A DNA stretch of 63,882 nt, counting the filler, from Choristocarpus tenellus KU-1152 (Eukaryota > Protista > Phaeophyceae): assembly GCA_964200185.2 (NCBI GenBank). It is 13 parts of 13 records of this genome, joined end to end, with 100 filler letters (N's around TTAATTAATTAA, not from the genome) between each part and the next. Parts side by side here need not be neighbours in the genome. Positions count along the whole stretch, not along the records: positions 47,120 to 52,913 come from CAXNAD020009737.1; positions 53,014 to 58,332 come from CAXNAD020011172.1; positions 58,433 to 63,882 come from CAXNAD020010735.1; 10 more parts are not named here. One strand, written 5' to 3'. Shown here in pieces: positions 50,063-63,665 of this stretch (position 1 is the stretch's first letter; every line of letters begins with the position of its first letter). The notes beneath the pieces are model-generated. The model saw nothing but the letters and a program-made list of their open reading frames with translations, had not been told where the DNA came from and did no database searches. Both the position numbers and the translations under genes were made by a program.

Positions 50063-52842
50063 ATATATTAATTAGGAGTATGATATTTTCTCGCTCCCTC
50101 GGTTGGTATGCGGGGAGAAATCGGCAAGAAAGTATCATCACTCCTTTGTGTTAAATAATTCGAGTACTATACTTCTATCTCACCTTTAGAACCCCTACAG
50201 CAACCGTCCAAAATGGACTTAGGTTCAAACTGATTACTCTCGTTCACAGTAGCTGCATCTTAATGCCGATCACAGAATTCTATCCTACCTCAACCCCTCA
50301 TTCCACAATACACCCTCCTTTCATTATAAGGGAGGACCACCCCACCTATTTGTTAAGGTCTGGATTGAAGCGACACGTTAATAGTAGAGTAGTTCTTGTA
50401 GTGTATTTGATTTTGTTTACCCTCGTAAAAGTACACTCACTCCCATTTCTACGTTGCCCACTTCTAGTTTTATTTCCAGCTTCAACCACCACTACTCTTA
50501 GAGGTGTAGTACTTAAGACCAACATACCACCCTTTTTTTTTTACTATCGTACGTAGTAAAAAATTATACAAGTCATGTAGACCTCTCATCTACAATCCAC
50601 ATTTTTTCAAGGTCATGGTGCCACCATGTTCAAATGCTTATCACGTTCAAGTAGTCAATGGGTAACCTTCACTTCTGGGAATGGACGGGTTGAGAGGCGT
50701 CTCTTTCGAGACGTGTGATCTCAACTGGAAGTCTATGATGATGCATACTCCTGTTGGTAGGCTTCAAGATTGATATGGTGCCCCCATGATCTCGGATGAA
50801 GGTTGCTCTAAATTAAGCACTGCAAAACTGTGTGTTGTATGCCCATTTCGTGCTAGGTCTAGTCCTCTCTCTTCGGTTGTTGATGAACTTCTTTTTTGTC
50901 CACAACAACTACGACACATTAAAACAAATCCAACACATTGCCAAGTTCTCCGGAGAACAGGCAAAATATGTGTATGTGATGTGGAGAAAGTCATAGGATG
51001 TATCATGGAAATGCTTTATGGGAGATTAAGGTTTAGGAGAAACCGATTCAAACACAGTCGATGACAAATAGCGGTTTCAAAATAGGATGATGGAAGGCAT
51101 CTTTTCATTTGGAAATAGTTTGTATTCTCCTTAGCACTTCGTCACGGTTGGGACTGTATGTGGCCTCTCCGCTTTGCATTGTTCGAGTCTCTTGCCTCAA
51201 GCAAAACGAAGAGACGGGGGAGTGAACTAAGGTGCGAGATGGACACATCACTATCAGGGACATGCCCTAGTTGTCTTGCGTCTCACCACCGAACATGGGT
51301 AGGCCTCGTCCTTGTGGTTTTGATGTAGCAAAACCAAGTAATGTATTTGGGAACATGGAGTGTTGGTTTTACTGGACTCTTTCAGTCTAAGGGCGATGAC
51401 ACTGAATCCGTGAAAGGTTGGTGCGATTCGGGATGACAACCCCCCTCGTCAAGATCATGGCGATGTATATGGTCGCTGTTCTATGTCACAGTCACGGCTG
51501 ATGCTTTCCCCCCACCATCACGCAGTCATTTAAGGATCAAGATGTCCTTGTTCCACAACCTCTTTCTCCTGGGAGTACTGGTGCTATCCTCATTGGCTGT
51601 TACACATGGCAAGGTGACCACTTGGAAGGTTGAGTTGTGTAACAAGGGTCTGAGCAGACACTTCAAAGTTCTGAGCCCTTACAAGAGTTTTTTCTGTCTT
51701 GAAAGCAGTCTTTCTCATTTTTGGTGGGATTACATAATTTTCCTTATCGCATTTCGTCTTGATTTCCCACAAACTCTGAGAGTTATTTCGCGGTTGGCCG
51801 GAAGATGTAAGCGTGACGTCTTTGCTGACACATTTCTTCCATCCTGTCATGCACCAAACCTAAACGGAGCAGAAGAGAGCCCCATATGTTCGCCCAAGGC
51901 GTGGAGTCCTCGGTCTGTCAAAGGAGATTTGGAGCTTTATCCATCGTTGCTTTTGCCACTTGTCCGGGTGCTGCAAGACACACGAAGACGACATCGCCAG
52001 AGCTTTCCAGGAAGCTGGGAACCCGAAACAACAAGTGGGTAATTGCCTCCCTTTTTGAGTTACCACCACCCTTGTAGGTACATGATCGTGACATGATCAG
52101 ACTTAAAGTCACTCTCACTTCTATTCCTCCAACACGATTTTTTCCCCACATTTGTCGGCCCCACTTCACCACCGCAGCCCCCCTCCCCCAGTTGATAATT
52201 TTACCCCCCTCGAAATTAGACCCTAAAGGGCTTCTGTGCGAATTCAACATGATGTCACAAAGATTTGACTAAGTACGCAATGGGCTGGACCATACAAGGG
52301 TATCGACCCACCTTTATGTGCAAGGTATATTGACACCTACCAGGAGTTAGTTTACTCAAATTCACATCATTTTATCAACCTACGAGCCAAGGTAGACAAG
52401 AGGTACCCAGTTTATGGCCAGTTTTTCAATCTTTTGCTGTTCACTAATATTTCTATGGATGAAGGGCTAAGTTTGATTTGAGAGTTTGATTTCTCTGTTG
52501 TTTGAAAGTTTTTGACACAGTTTGGAAAATATCCTGTACGCATTTGTAAAAAATGCCGAAATTAAAATTTGCACATATTTTGCGACATCTTTAAAATGCA
52601 ACACTGGGTACCCCTCGTTTACTTTGACTCTAAAACAAATCCCTTATCCACACCCTGACATTAATAGTGCTCTTGAGCCTCTTTTCCCTCCCTTCCTTCC
52701 TTTCCATCTTTTCTGCATTTCTCTCCCCTTCCACCCTCTGAGGTTTCCCTTCTTCTTAGCTCCTGGAAGTTTTGGTAACACTATCTATTGTAAATGTAGA
52801 TATTACATACCTAGAAAATGTTCTTGGACTCGTGGTCAGAGA

Positions 52843-52913
52843 GACCCAAAATATCTGGGGGGGGGGGGGTCTAAACAAGGGTTCTATTTGGTCCAAAATC
52901 AGGAGGGGGCATT
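52843..52913. mobile_element. Terminal fragment of MITE subfamily A at contig end
   Basis: GACCCAAAATATCTG(G)nTCTAAACAAGGGT...TTTGGTCCAAAATCAGG matches the reverse complement of 1100-1164. Confidence 0.65.
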
Positions 52914-53013
52914 NNNNNNNNNNNNNNNNNNNNNNNNNNNNNNNNNNNNNNNNNNNNTTAATTAATTAANNNNNNNNNNNNNNNNNNNNNNNNNNNNNNN
53001 NNNNNNNNNNNNN

Positions 53014-53418
53014 AGACAGCGGACCAACTCCACTGTCTCCTCTCCTCAATGAACCAACGACAGACTCAGCCGAATCTGCCCGAGCCGCTGCCTCTGCACC
53101 CCCTCCCATTCCCCTCCCTGTACACAATCCAAGAGGCGGAGAAATCTCTGCAGCAAACTTCAACACCTCCTCTGAGACGATTGCCCCTACATCAGCTGCC
53201 AACGCCTCCTCACTAAAACCCTCCCGCCCTGCCCCGTTCCCCACACTACCACCACCGCAGGCGATGGTAGTACCCTCTGCATCAAGAACAGCACCCCTTC
53301 CTACGGCTTCCTGTTCCAACCCTTGATCTACATCTCGGTCTTCCACCTCATTTCGAACGAGAGCATGTTCCTCTTGCTCTGCTCCCCCTGCCCCGTCCTC
53401 CTCTACTCCATCCGTAGC
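53014..53418 (-). CDS. Low-complexity acidic/Gly-Ala-rich exon of an unknown gene, truncated by linker
   Basis: GC-rich open frame after a TAG acceptor (ATDGVEEDGAGGAEQEEH...) running into the gap. Confidence 0.45.
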
Positions 53419-53456
53419 CTATCAGTATACAACAATGATCGAAAGGATGAAGGAAG

Positions 53457-53499
<43 letters not shown>

Positions 53500-55084
53500 A
53501 AGGGGGGGGGGGGGGGGGGGGGGGGTGTTGGTGGTGTTTTTTTTTTTTTTTTGGGTGGGGGGGGGGGGGGGGGGGGGGGGAGGGGGGGGGGGGGTAGTCA
53601 AAGGGTTGCAGGGGAAGGTGATGGGTATATGTGTGTCATTTTACGCTTTTTTTGGTAGGGTAGAGAGGCGTGTATCCCACTAGCGACAAAAAGGGCATGC
53701 ACAGGATGAAGCAGTCACTTTTTTTTTTCCCATGTCAACAAGAGGCGGCGGGGATTTGTATCAGACAATATAGTCGATGTTATTAATAGAACCCTTTGAT
53801 CAGTTAGGGTTAGGGAAGAGCGTTAGACCGGGATAGTAGGACGACGAGCATTAATAAATTAAAATACTGATGGCTTCCAAATGTCCTGTATGGGGGAAAA
53901 CTAATCTCTCCCAAATGCCTATTTTACACAACATAAAAACACTGAACTTGATCTACATCCTCCTGCTGACTACACTACCCCATCAAGCAGCAGCCTCTCA
54001 GAATCTCATAGAGTCGGTTCTCTCAAGAGTCGGACCTAGATTGTATACTACAGAAACAAACCTTGGTGGCTGATGCAATACTCTTAGTGGCAGCAGGGTT
54101 GGAGAAACCAGATGGAGACACAGAAAGAGATACAACTTAGAACTGAGGAGAAGGATGAAAAGTACAGAAGACACAACATCCTCTGGTTTGCTAGAATAAA
54201 CAACCATGAAATGGGTAGTCCGGTATGGCACACCTTGGACCAACGAAGGCCTGGGAAGATGGGATTTGTCTGTAAGCAATAGATAATGCCATCTGCTTAA
54301 GTAAAGTGCAACATCAAAAACTTGACAATTTCTCCACCTCCTCCTCTAGGAAAGGTGTTGTTGGACCTTGCAGACAAAGTGGTGCCCAATGACACTTGCC
54401 ACTACTGCGGGAGAGGATGTCATTTGCCTTCCCCATCGTATCATTCTTGGCATCTGTTAGCGCAGGTTATCTAGAGGATTTGAAAAATTGTGGTGTCAAA
54501 CGATCACAATCGTCAGCACCAAAGCAACCAAACACTGTCACTGCACTATTGACCATTCCAGACCCGGTTTTCCCCCCCTCAGACATGGTGCTCTCCATCT
54601 TCACTGACACTATCCTCAAGAACGACAAACACTCGGATGTTGAGAGAAAGACTGACTTCGTTTGTAAGAAACTTAACATGCGTATTGTGTGACTGAAAAA
54701 AATACAATCGGCTGCTTGATTCACTTGCTCCGCATGCTAGCTTCTTCGTTTATTCTAGCTAACCGGAGGAAAAATATTAAGAAGATGAATAATTATTCCA
54801 AATAGAAAAATAAGAACCGTGCTCCGGGCTTTCAAATCACACAAAACCAAGCGCACCTCATTTTGCCTTGACATTTATCGCAAATTGACGTGCGGGCTGT
54901 GCACAACACGGCACGGTGTGATCCCCATTATGATATAAAACCGATTTCATGGTAATGCAACGAATACATCAAACAGGACGTACATACAGTAGTTGCAACA
55001 CATCAGTGCCTCAATATTAGCTAGTCATCAACAGGATATTATCCTGTGCACCCTGCATTGGAAGACCGGAAACGATAGCTCTCC

Positions 55085-56285
55085 CTAAAAGCCAAACTTA
55101 TTTACACAACTATCGAGTTTTCTCACCTTGGGATGGCCTCCCCTTATGAAATTCAAAGTCACCTTCCACATCGTACCGCCCAGTCGAAGAAGAAGAACAA
55201 GTATCACCAGCCCCTCTACCCACTCTAACCACGAGGGCACCACTCGCAGCAGCCCCTCCACCTCGGGGAAATTGCCCACAATCGCAGGGGAGGCTGGTTC
55301 GAGTTCCTGTGCACGGCGGTTACGGGCAGGTCGTGCCGAAACCACAGCCTCCTGGTTTCTCAACCGTTGGCGAGAATTGGTGGTACGCCCATTCAGCTCG
55401 GCTTCCTCTGTAGAAGAATCGTCCTCGGTTGACAGCCCCGAGTCACCATTCCGATTTCGCAATTGCAAGGGCGTCACGGACAGGGCCGACTTATAGGGAC
55501 GAGGTGGATTATTCTTGGCTCTCGACCCCAGTTCTACCGAGCCAACTGATTTTGAAACTGTCCAGGTGCGCCAGTTGGATGTAGGCAGGTCCGACTCCCA
55601 TTCTACATTGTTAGCGACTGTTGAATCACTCCCATCTGGTTTGACCGCCTGGTCCCAGACGGGCAAGCCCTCTCTGCTACGAGCATCTTGGGTCCTCTCT
55701 TTGCCATTTTCTGGCCTGACGAGGCGCAAGTACGGGTGGATTTCAGTCGACCTGATGAGGTCAACAACCGCATTTATTGTGTGAGCATTGTGTTGCCAAC
55801 AGCGCAAAGTAGAATCGGAAAACTTCGACACATGGTTCGGACCTAGGTGGGACAGGGAACCACTGTACCCGATTGACTGCTCGGAAAAAGTTACAACAAA
55901 ACCTGAAGTCGAATCTATCAAAACAAAGTATCGGTCTAACGGGAGGACGATGCAAAAGGAAATTGACTACCCCAACGGAAAGATTGACTTACCCTCTCGA
56001 TTTCTCAAGTCGACGAAGGTACACCACAACCACTGCCGCTCCCAACCAGTTAGCAGCAGCAAGAGCGATGGGCAGCATCGTCACTCACGGGCTGGTTCAA
56101 GGATTGCAAACCTTGATAGGTGCAATGATTGCGGTCAGTGGATAGTGGACGGTGAGTGCGTGGATATCAGACACGACCTCGGTAACGTATTGACCTCTGT
56201 CACCCCAAAAATGGTCGACTTCATTCAACCAGGTCGGGGAACAGAACACAATAACTCACGTCCATCAATCAATTGCTTCAACACC
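55085..56285 (-). CDS. Hypothetical protein with long terminal exon and C-terminal hydrophobic segment; upstream short exons tentative
   Basis: 278-codon frame 55085-55921 ends with WLEWVEGLVILVLLLRLGG. Short upstream GT-AG exons can be chained in phase (QLIDGL-DHFWGDR-GLQSLNQP-WLWCTFVDLRNRE-DSTSG). Confidence 0.45.
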
Positions 56286-59076
56286 GTCCCCACGAGGAGC
56301 TACTCTTACCTCCCACCCCACTCTTACTTCCAACAGAGCTTCTCCTGCTTATAGGCTCAAGCCTCACTCAGGCGTGGTGGATGGCATAGTCTGAGATATT
56401 ATCATATAGGGGGTATCTACATCAGTTTGTCCTTCCTTCTATTGACAAGTACGTTCATCAGTTTGCCCGCGGTGGTCTTCGTGATATCATCCAATATTCT
56501 TTATCTGTTATTTATTAATACCCAATCAATAGTCAAACATAATTTTACGTAATATTTGAGAGGATACAGTACGAACTTTATCTACGAAGAGACTACTCTG
56601 GTCTTTTACCGAAAGTCTAATTGTAAGAACTAGATGGTTGGTCCTAAGTGGTAGAGATAGAGAAAATATAAGGCCATAATACGGCAAACATAACTTACCC
56701 CACTTGTATATTTATTGGTTCTGAATATCTAGTCTGGAACGGAAGACAGAAGACGGAATAATGTGAGATCATCCAAAGATCCAACAGGTAGAAAAGTGCC
56801 TATTTGAAGATTGAAATGTTGATTGACAATATAGATACATTTTATTGTAAGTTCAACTTTCGATGGTGAACCACAACTCACATCCAGTACCTCAACACTC
56901 ACCACCCGAAATATTATTCGGCCCATTAAAACACTAACGTTTTATTCCTAATTACTGTAGAAGTGTTTTTCCCTTATCCATGAAAAATATCTTTCAATAC
57001 ACACTCAATATTATACTATACAATAATATATGATATTTTTGTATAATGCGAACAATAATTACTATGTTACGGTGTTTTTTGCATTTTTTGAATTTTCATT
57101 TTCGTGAAATCGGATATTCTCAATTGTTGTATTTTGATACTTTGGATGAAGCAATCGGGTGAAAGGTTATGACTTTAGATTCTTGTTACTGTATATTTTG
57201 TGATTGTCTAAGTATTCAGCTGTTCATGTCTCCATGAAAATCGGGGAGTTCATTTTCTACACTTCATCATTTGATCCTGGTTCTCAGAACAGGGACACTC
57301 GCCTGTTCTGTAGTAAAACAAAGGGAAGTAACCTTAGAAGATGTTCTCAAAGCACCATAATGGAAAAGTGAAGAAGTCCCACAACCTGCTATGGGGCATG
57401 ACAATGACGCTACCCAGCTAGCTAGGCGAGATGATCTAGTTTTAGAGTCACAAGAATCGTGTGCTACAATGTGCAAGCAAAAGATGCAAACGGTGCTTGA
57501 ACCTGTCCAAAACGAGGTCCTCATGCTATTTATGTAGCTCCGGTCCAGTTGACAGAATCATTAGAAGTTATTGCTAGACGTGAAGGCATGGATTTCCTAG
57601 TCAGCGCCCCTATGCGTTGGTAGTTAAGGGTAAGGACCCTGTTCCCTGCTACACGAATTTTGGAGATTCAAAACCCATTGATCCCAGGCTTCTTTTCGCT
57701 GAACTCTGGTTTCAATAATCCAAAGTCCACATTGTAAGCACCATGGGTTGTACGCCATCTGCAGCATCCTACCTATTGCTATCGCACAAAAAATAGTAAT
57801 AGTAACAGTAACACTAGTGATAATAATTGAATAGATCTTGTTAATTGATACTCTAAATAGATGATTGATATTATCAACATTCTGTCAGGGCCTCATCTTG
57901 CCCACCTGCCTGGCGTCTCTAGCTTGAAATACATGACGCATCTTAAGAGAGTCACTTGCGCAGGGACAAGCAACTATCTGTCTCAAACGGGATGATTTAG
58001 CACTTCAGTACCCTGCATAAATAAGGTGGTAAAATCTTTTATCATACCCGATAAAGGGTAGAAACTGCCCTACTATATACAGGGTACACCCCATCAGTTC
58101 TCCATAAAACACCTGTGCATACAAAGTATGCACACAGTTAATTTGATAATTCTACTGTACTACTGTGTATGGTATTGCGAAAAATAGTCCTCAATTTCGT
58201 TTGTAGTCTTGCTCTTGTAAGGGATGCTCGAGTTCACAGAAGGCACAGTAGGGTAAATAGGTCACACACACCCTGGTGGTACCTGGTAGGAAACAAGCGA
58301 ACATACGACAATAGTGTTGTATTATTGTGGAGNNNNNNNNNNNNNNNNNNNNNNNNNNNNNNNNNNNNNNNNNNNNTTAATTAATTAANNNNNNNNNNNN
58401 NNNNNNNNNNNNNNNNNNNNNNNNNNNNNNNNCACCTTCCTTACTTCATGTACAACCTGTTCTACATAATGAGGAAATGATCGAGTTATTTACATACACA
58501 AGTCTTGGGAACACTAATTTCTTTAACAACTTTGAATACCATGTCTACGTTTCAGAGTCACTCGATCCATTTGGGTCCCAGCATTCGCTTCAGACAAGAT
58601 CTTGAAAGTGCCTTCTGTTCGTGGATTGTGCTGCTGATACACTATAAACACCACCAGTGGAATAGATCATAGGATGGAGAGCCAGTGATAGATATGCCGT
58701 ATGTATTGACTCAGTAGTGTCCATTGATTTGTGCCATGTTCAAGATATGCTTGCTATACTGAAGACAAGTAAAAAAGTAATTCAGAGTAAAGTAGTGTGG
58801 ACGATTGCAAACCCCACACTATAGGAATAGTAATGGTAGTCTACACCTGTTTCACCCCACAAGTTCAGTCAGTGGAATCGAGACGACAAGCCCCTTCGTA
58901 ATATTAAAATTATATATTTACACCAAGCCATTTACTGTCCTCTACCAAGGCACATAACCACGGGTCCAGTGGGGTATATTTCAACACCTTCCTCTTGCAC
59001 TCCCATTTAACGAATAAGTACATCAGTCTCAGGCACTGATAGTGTCGTGGTGGGTTCTTCAACGCAACTCCAGGTC

Positions 59077-60208
59077 TCAAAAATTGTGCAGCGACTGCAC
59101 TTCAGCTGGAGTTCGTTTTCTTTTCTTGCTAACGGCAAACTGCCAAACCATTTTCCACATCCAAATTACCAATGAAAGGATAATTGCCAGACTTCCAACA
59201 CTGGTCCTAATGATGCGAGGCGTGTAATCTGTAGGTGTTGGTGCGGGTGTTGGGGGAACTGTTGTAGGTGTAGGCGTCGGTACTGCCGTTGTAGGTTCAA
59301 GTGTTGATGGTGCAGGTGACGGTTCCCACGTTGATGGTGCAGGTGTCGGTGGTAGTGTTGAAGGTCCAGGAGTTGGTCTGGGTGTCGGTCTGGGGGTTGG
59401 TGCATTCGATGGTGCAGGGGTTGGGGACTCTGTTGGTCCAGGGGTTGGTGCTGCCGTTGGATTACCATCGATATCAAGGTGGAATACAAAAGCGTCATTT
59501 CCTCCCTTAGTTTCTTTGAACGACTTCATTGACCCCTCAGTTCTCCCGACCAGATGCAACACCCTATCGTATCCAATTGTCATATCCAGAATGCTGTCAT
59601 CCGCATCTGTGCCACTCTGCGCAAATGAACATACAGGTGTTTCAGGAGCAATAATAGGTGACTGAAGCATTAGTTGTGAAGATCAATGAGATAGACCTCT
59701 GATGTGAAAACGTACCTTCCATCGATAAATTGTAGTTCCATTTGCATCCAATTTAACCAATGCGAAGTCTTGTCCTCCTCCTGGTGCCCAATTTTTTCTA
59801 GCCAGTCCAAACCAGTAACCGTTGGTGAATCCGGCTGCGTAAATATGTCCACGATGGTCTATAGCGATAGTATGAAACCTCTCCTCGTAGTCAGTACCCT
59901 TCTGTTCAATGGTACAGAACAAGGGGCATAACTTGATGTTTGCATTGGATTCTGTGGTCGACAGAGAAGTCAACAATCATGGTGTCAATCTAGCACAGAA
60001 ACATGATCGCTTTTCTCTACAGTTGACATATGCGTACCTGCCATCCCCATTCAAAATTTCCACTTTCAGCATCCAGCTTTATTACTGCAAAATCTCTGCC
60101 TCCTCTACTTAGCTCAGAAAAATTACCCTCCGTGTCTCCCACCAGATATATATATCCATCATCACTCAGTGCAGAATTGCGAATGGCATCATTTTCTGGA
60201 GTACCGTT
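59077..60208 (-). CDS. Cell-surface-type protein: beta-propeller (SBBP-like) repeats, Pro/Thr stalk, TM helix, basic tail
   Basis: Phase-0 exons 60208-60038, 59901-59716, 59616-59077. Each starts xGT..D/E and contains an IY.xG.T.G...GG.DF..xKLD..G-like repeat. These are followed by PTPAP repeats, SLAIILSLVIWMW and KKRKR. The 5' exon is not resolved. Confidence 0.8.
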
Positions 60209-61099
60209 CTGTCCCACGAGGCAGGAAGCACAAGAAAGATGTAACATTGACCTTGGGGTTCATTTGGTTGTGATGTAACTCCTTATGATAAGACAATCAT
60301 TCCATATGGTAACAACATCTTATTTGAGGTCGTCTCCAGATCGGTGAAAAATCAGTAATACCACAGGTCACTCACCACTCTTTTGAAGAATCCATTCGCC
60401 TTTGCTTGGGTAATATTTCTTACCTGATTGCATAGAAAATGTATTCCTCCCATCCATTACCAAGACCTCAAAGTTCATGTGGCAACTAGTGTTGTGAACC
60501 ACCACAGTTTGATCGGCTTCAGCTCAATTACTTTGGAATAATCAAAACTGAAAAGGTTGGGCTAGTTTCTTCGTAAGACATATAATTGACGCAACTCTTT
60601 TTCTTTGTCTGTACCCTCTGACCTTCAGTGACATTTATCTCAAGAAAATGCTGTAACCATATACTACATATATATATAAAGTAATGAAAGAATAGAAGAG
60701 AGAAAATAATTTAAGGATGAACTCATCATGGCTCTTCACAGTCGCCTAGTGACAACAAATGTCATAAATCAAATAACAGTTTTACTGTGTTTGGCTTTAG
60801 TCGGTGAAGATCCAAAAAAGATCACTCCCGAAACATTTTGGTTACTCAATTTATCATCCTCAGTAATGACACCATTATTATGGACCTGTATATTCTGCCA
60901 CGTTCATTGCATGTGGAGCTTTAATTTTTTTAATGATGGCTTTCTCTTTCTCATTCCTTTATCTTACAGGTACTACAATATCACCTTCTGCCGTAAGGAA
61001 CTGTGTATAGAAACACCATGTCGACCAGAAGTAGCTGGTGATTCAAGTTGTTTTTAAAGTTTTTTCCACCAAGCACAACCTCCTGTCTGATCAGTTGTC

Positions 61100-63300
61100 T
61101 CCCTCTATGCATCTTGACTACCTCCTAGAAATGTATGATAAATTCATTGACATGACTCTCAAGTACTGTCTACCTCTCCGTCGCAGAGGTGTTTCTGTCT
61201 GTTGCAATGTTTCTGAAAGTGTCAACAACTTGCTCTTCCAAAGATCCATACCACAAACTCTCGCTTGCCTTGATACCTCCAATTGAATGCTACTGTAAGC
61301 GTTAGGACCTATCAAATAAAAGAGGAGGGACAATACAGGACAAATTATATCTCACTTGGATAATGCCTCCACCAACGACATAATGTTTCCCCCCAGACTC
61401 AAAATCAATTGAGGGTTCACTACCTCAGGAAAGATCATGATGTTGTTATTGGTGATGCTTGTTGCTGCTGTCTTGGAGGCATTGCAATTATTCGTGATCG
61501 ACACACAGTCACCATGCGGCCCTCTGTCATAGTAATTACACAAACCTGGGAATTGCAACCCTACTAGACGCCCCCTTCAGCCCTGTCGTTCTGCGCATCA
61601 GTGACATATTTCCACCCATCAAAGAACTTACCCTGAACTTGCACCGCACTAGCCATGTCATTCTTGGTATGCATGAACTATGAATATGAAATGCTTCTGC
61701 TTGATCGAGAAGGTAGTCAAGCTTGGTCATCAGTTTCTTCTTGATGTCAAGTTTACTTCATATACTAGTGCCTCTGAATTCCACAGTCTGTAAGCCAATT
61801 AGAGTTGCCCTTGACAGCTATTGGGCACCAAAATTTCCGTGTAGTCAGCTGTCAGTCATCTATCTCTCTGCTCTATCCCCCAAGAGAAGCGCCCAACCGC
61901 AAGCATTTACAGCATCCCCCTCCTGGGCAGCTTGACCAACTGTACCTCAACCTCTCCTAAGTGTAGAGCATGGTCCATCTACTAGACCCTGGGCAGCTAT
62001 TTTAATGCGCCCAGCACTTGATCGTTTGTGGCTTATTTCCACTAGTTTTCAACACACAACTTACCAAGTCCCGATTGGTCCCCCGCGCCATTCGCTCAAT
62101 TACTTTCATTCCTTCTCCCCTGCCAAGGACTCAAAAGAGGGACATCCAAACAATGTGGACGTCTAGCTGCGACCCAATGGTTTGTGCCAACCTGCAGACC
62201 CTTTCTCGTCCATACACCCCTCCATGGAATTTCATCTCGCCAACTCTGCTTCAACCCTCCAGACCAGCCAGTATCCTAATGAATGCGAATAATCCAGTAC
62301 CACGAGGTTCCTCACTACCACACTTGACCCCTTTGGTTTTGCTAGAATCTTGTCCGTATGCAATCCTGTGGTTAGGTCTTGACAATTCGCTTGAAGTGCA
62401 GACACTGTAGAGTCAAACCAGTTGAGAGGTGGGCAGGTTTAGACCCTTTTTCATCCTAAGCCATATTTTCTACCCTGTGCAATACACTCTATTTCACTTA
62501 TATGTGTGGGTAATAGTGTATGTAAAATTGACATCCCCCTTTCCACACACAATGTCACACCACAATCCAGCAAATCCTCTTTCTGCAATTGGACCTAATG
62601 GCATATTTTTGCCCTTTCTCAGGATCCTTAAAATGCAACCCTGCCTACCTCTCAGTTGGTTTCGTGACCACAGTTGCACTACTGCTGCGAGGACTCCCCA
62701 CTCGTTAGCCATCTAGTGTACACTTGATTGGCTTACTCCGGAGTATAGAGATTGAAATCGAGTGGTATGTGAGCCAGCCAAGTTCATTGGCTCACTATGC
62801 CAAAGCCAGTTCTATATACATATTTGAGACCATCAATCTGATTCAATATCGTCTAACCTCCCTGTATTTCTTGCTTGAAGAATGCAGCACATCTTTACCC
62901 TTAAGCAGTTACTCGGAGTACATTATAAATTCGTTCTTTTGGTATTGTTAAACAATATTGTCCAATGTTGTATTGATGCTATCTAATGAAACTGGATTAT
63001 CCACGATCCATTTTTGGATGCTTGACTCAAGTTTTATTACTGGAGATGTTCATGGGTTTCCAGAGATCGGGGCATGAGCAGGTAGATTCCTTGCATACAA
63101 CCTACACTGTGCGTTGTATATTTTGGAGTGTATCGTAAAATGGTCTTGTTGGTCGGTTATTACACTTTGCATCCATTTGGCTCATAATTGCTCCATGAGG
63201 AAAATAATAGACATTGTTCCAACATCCAGCTTGCCACAAATCCCCAAACGTATGCTCTTGATTGCTAAAGTTGCGGATGAACTCCATTTGTGGTACAAGC
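61100..63300 (-). mobile_element. Heavily decayed Ty3/Gypsy-like gag-pol remnant
   Basis: LQFPGLCNYYDR (~61555-61520) resembles the RT/RNase H connection motif LQSFLGLCNYYRR. It is preceded by an RCKF segment (KC.F) and a gag-like LPHAPISGNP upstream. Numerous stops. Confidence 0.4.
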
Positions 63301-63404
63301 CCGTTTAATTAGATGGGTAAATGCTATCCCGGTTACTACAATGACAAAATTGATAACAGTGGACAACAAGTGGAGCAACGGCTTGGGTTGGAAGTGTTGA
63401 AACC

Positions 63405-63665
63405 CGAGGAAGAAATGCTCTGAGAGGCTGAGTGAGGTAGGGATGCTGTGAGAAGAGACTTGATATGGGCGCTCTGTGTAGAAGTAGAGGAAAAAGGTGT
63501 CCTGAGAAGAGGCTTAGGTAACGTGCTCTGAGCAGAGGATAAAATGGAAAGATGCTCTGGGTAGAGGCTTAGATGAAAAGGTGCGCTGAGTAGTAGAGGC
63601 TTGAAGCAAAGGTGCTCTGAGTAGAAAGTTGATGTCAAAGGTTCTGTGCGAAGAGGCTTGGGTGG
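63405..63665. repeat. Degenerate ~30-bp tandem repeat (core GTGCTCTGAGYAGAGGCTT), ~9 copies
   Basis: Recurring TGCTCTG...AGAGGCTT cores at roughly 27-32 nt spacing. Confidence 0.7.

Noticed and set aside
51860-52069. HPDK motif suggesting a J-domain protein
   Set aside because: No surrounding J-domain helices are recognisable and the region is full of stops. Probably a decayed repeat or chance.
7875-58432. Twelve identical TTAATTAATTAA motifs in N runs, as a biological repeat or as evidence of gene clustering
   Set aside because: They are exact 100-nt artificial linkers, so apparent neighbourhoods across them (e.g. MiaB, IleRS and CysRS, or the flagellar/centrosomal genes) are assembly artefacts.
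63405-63665. CRISPR-like repeat/spacer appearance
   Set aside because: The repeats are degenerate, the spacers are ~10 nt, there are no cas genes, and the context is eukaryotic.
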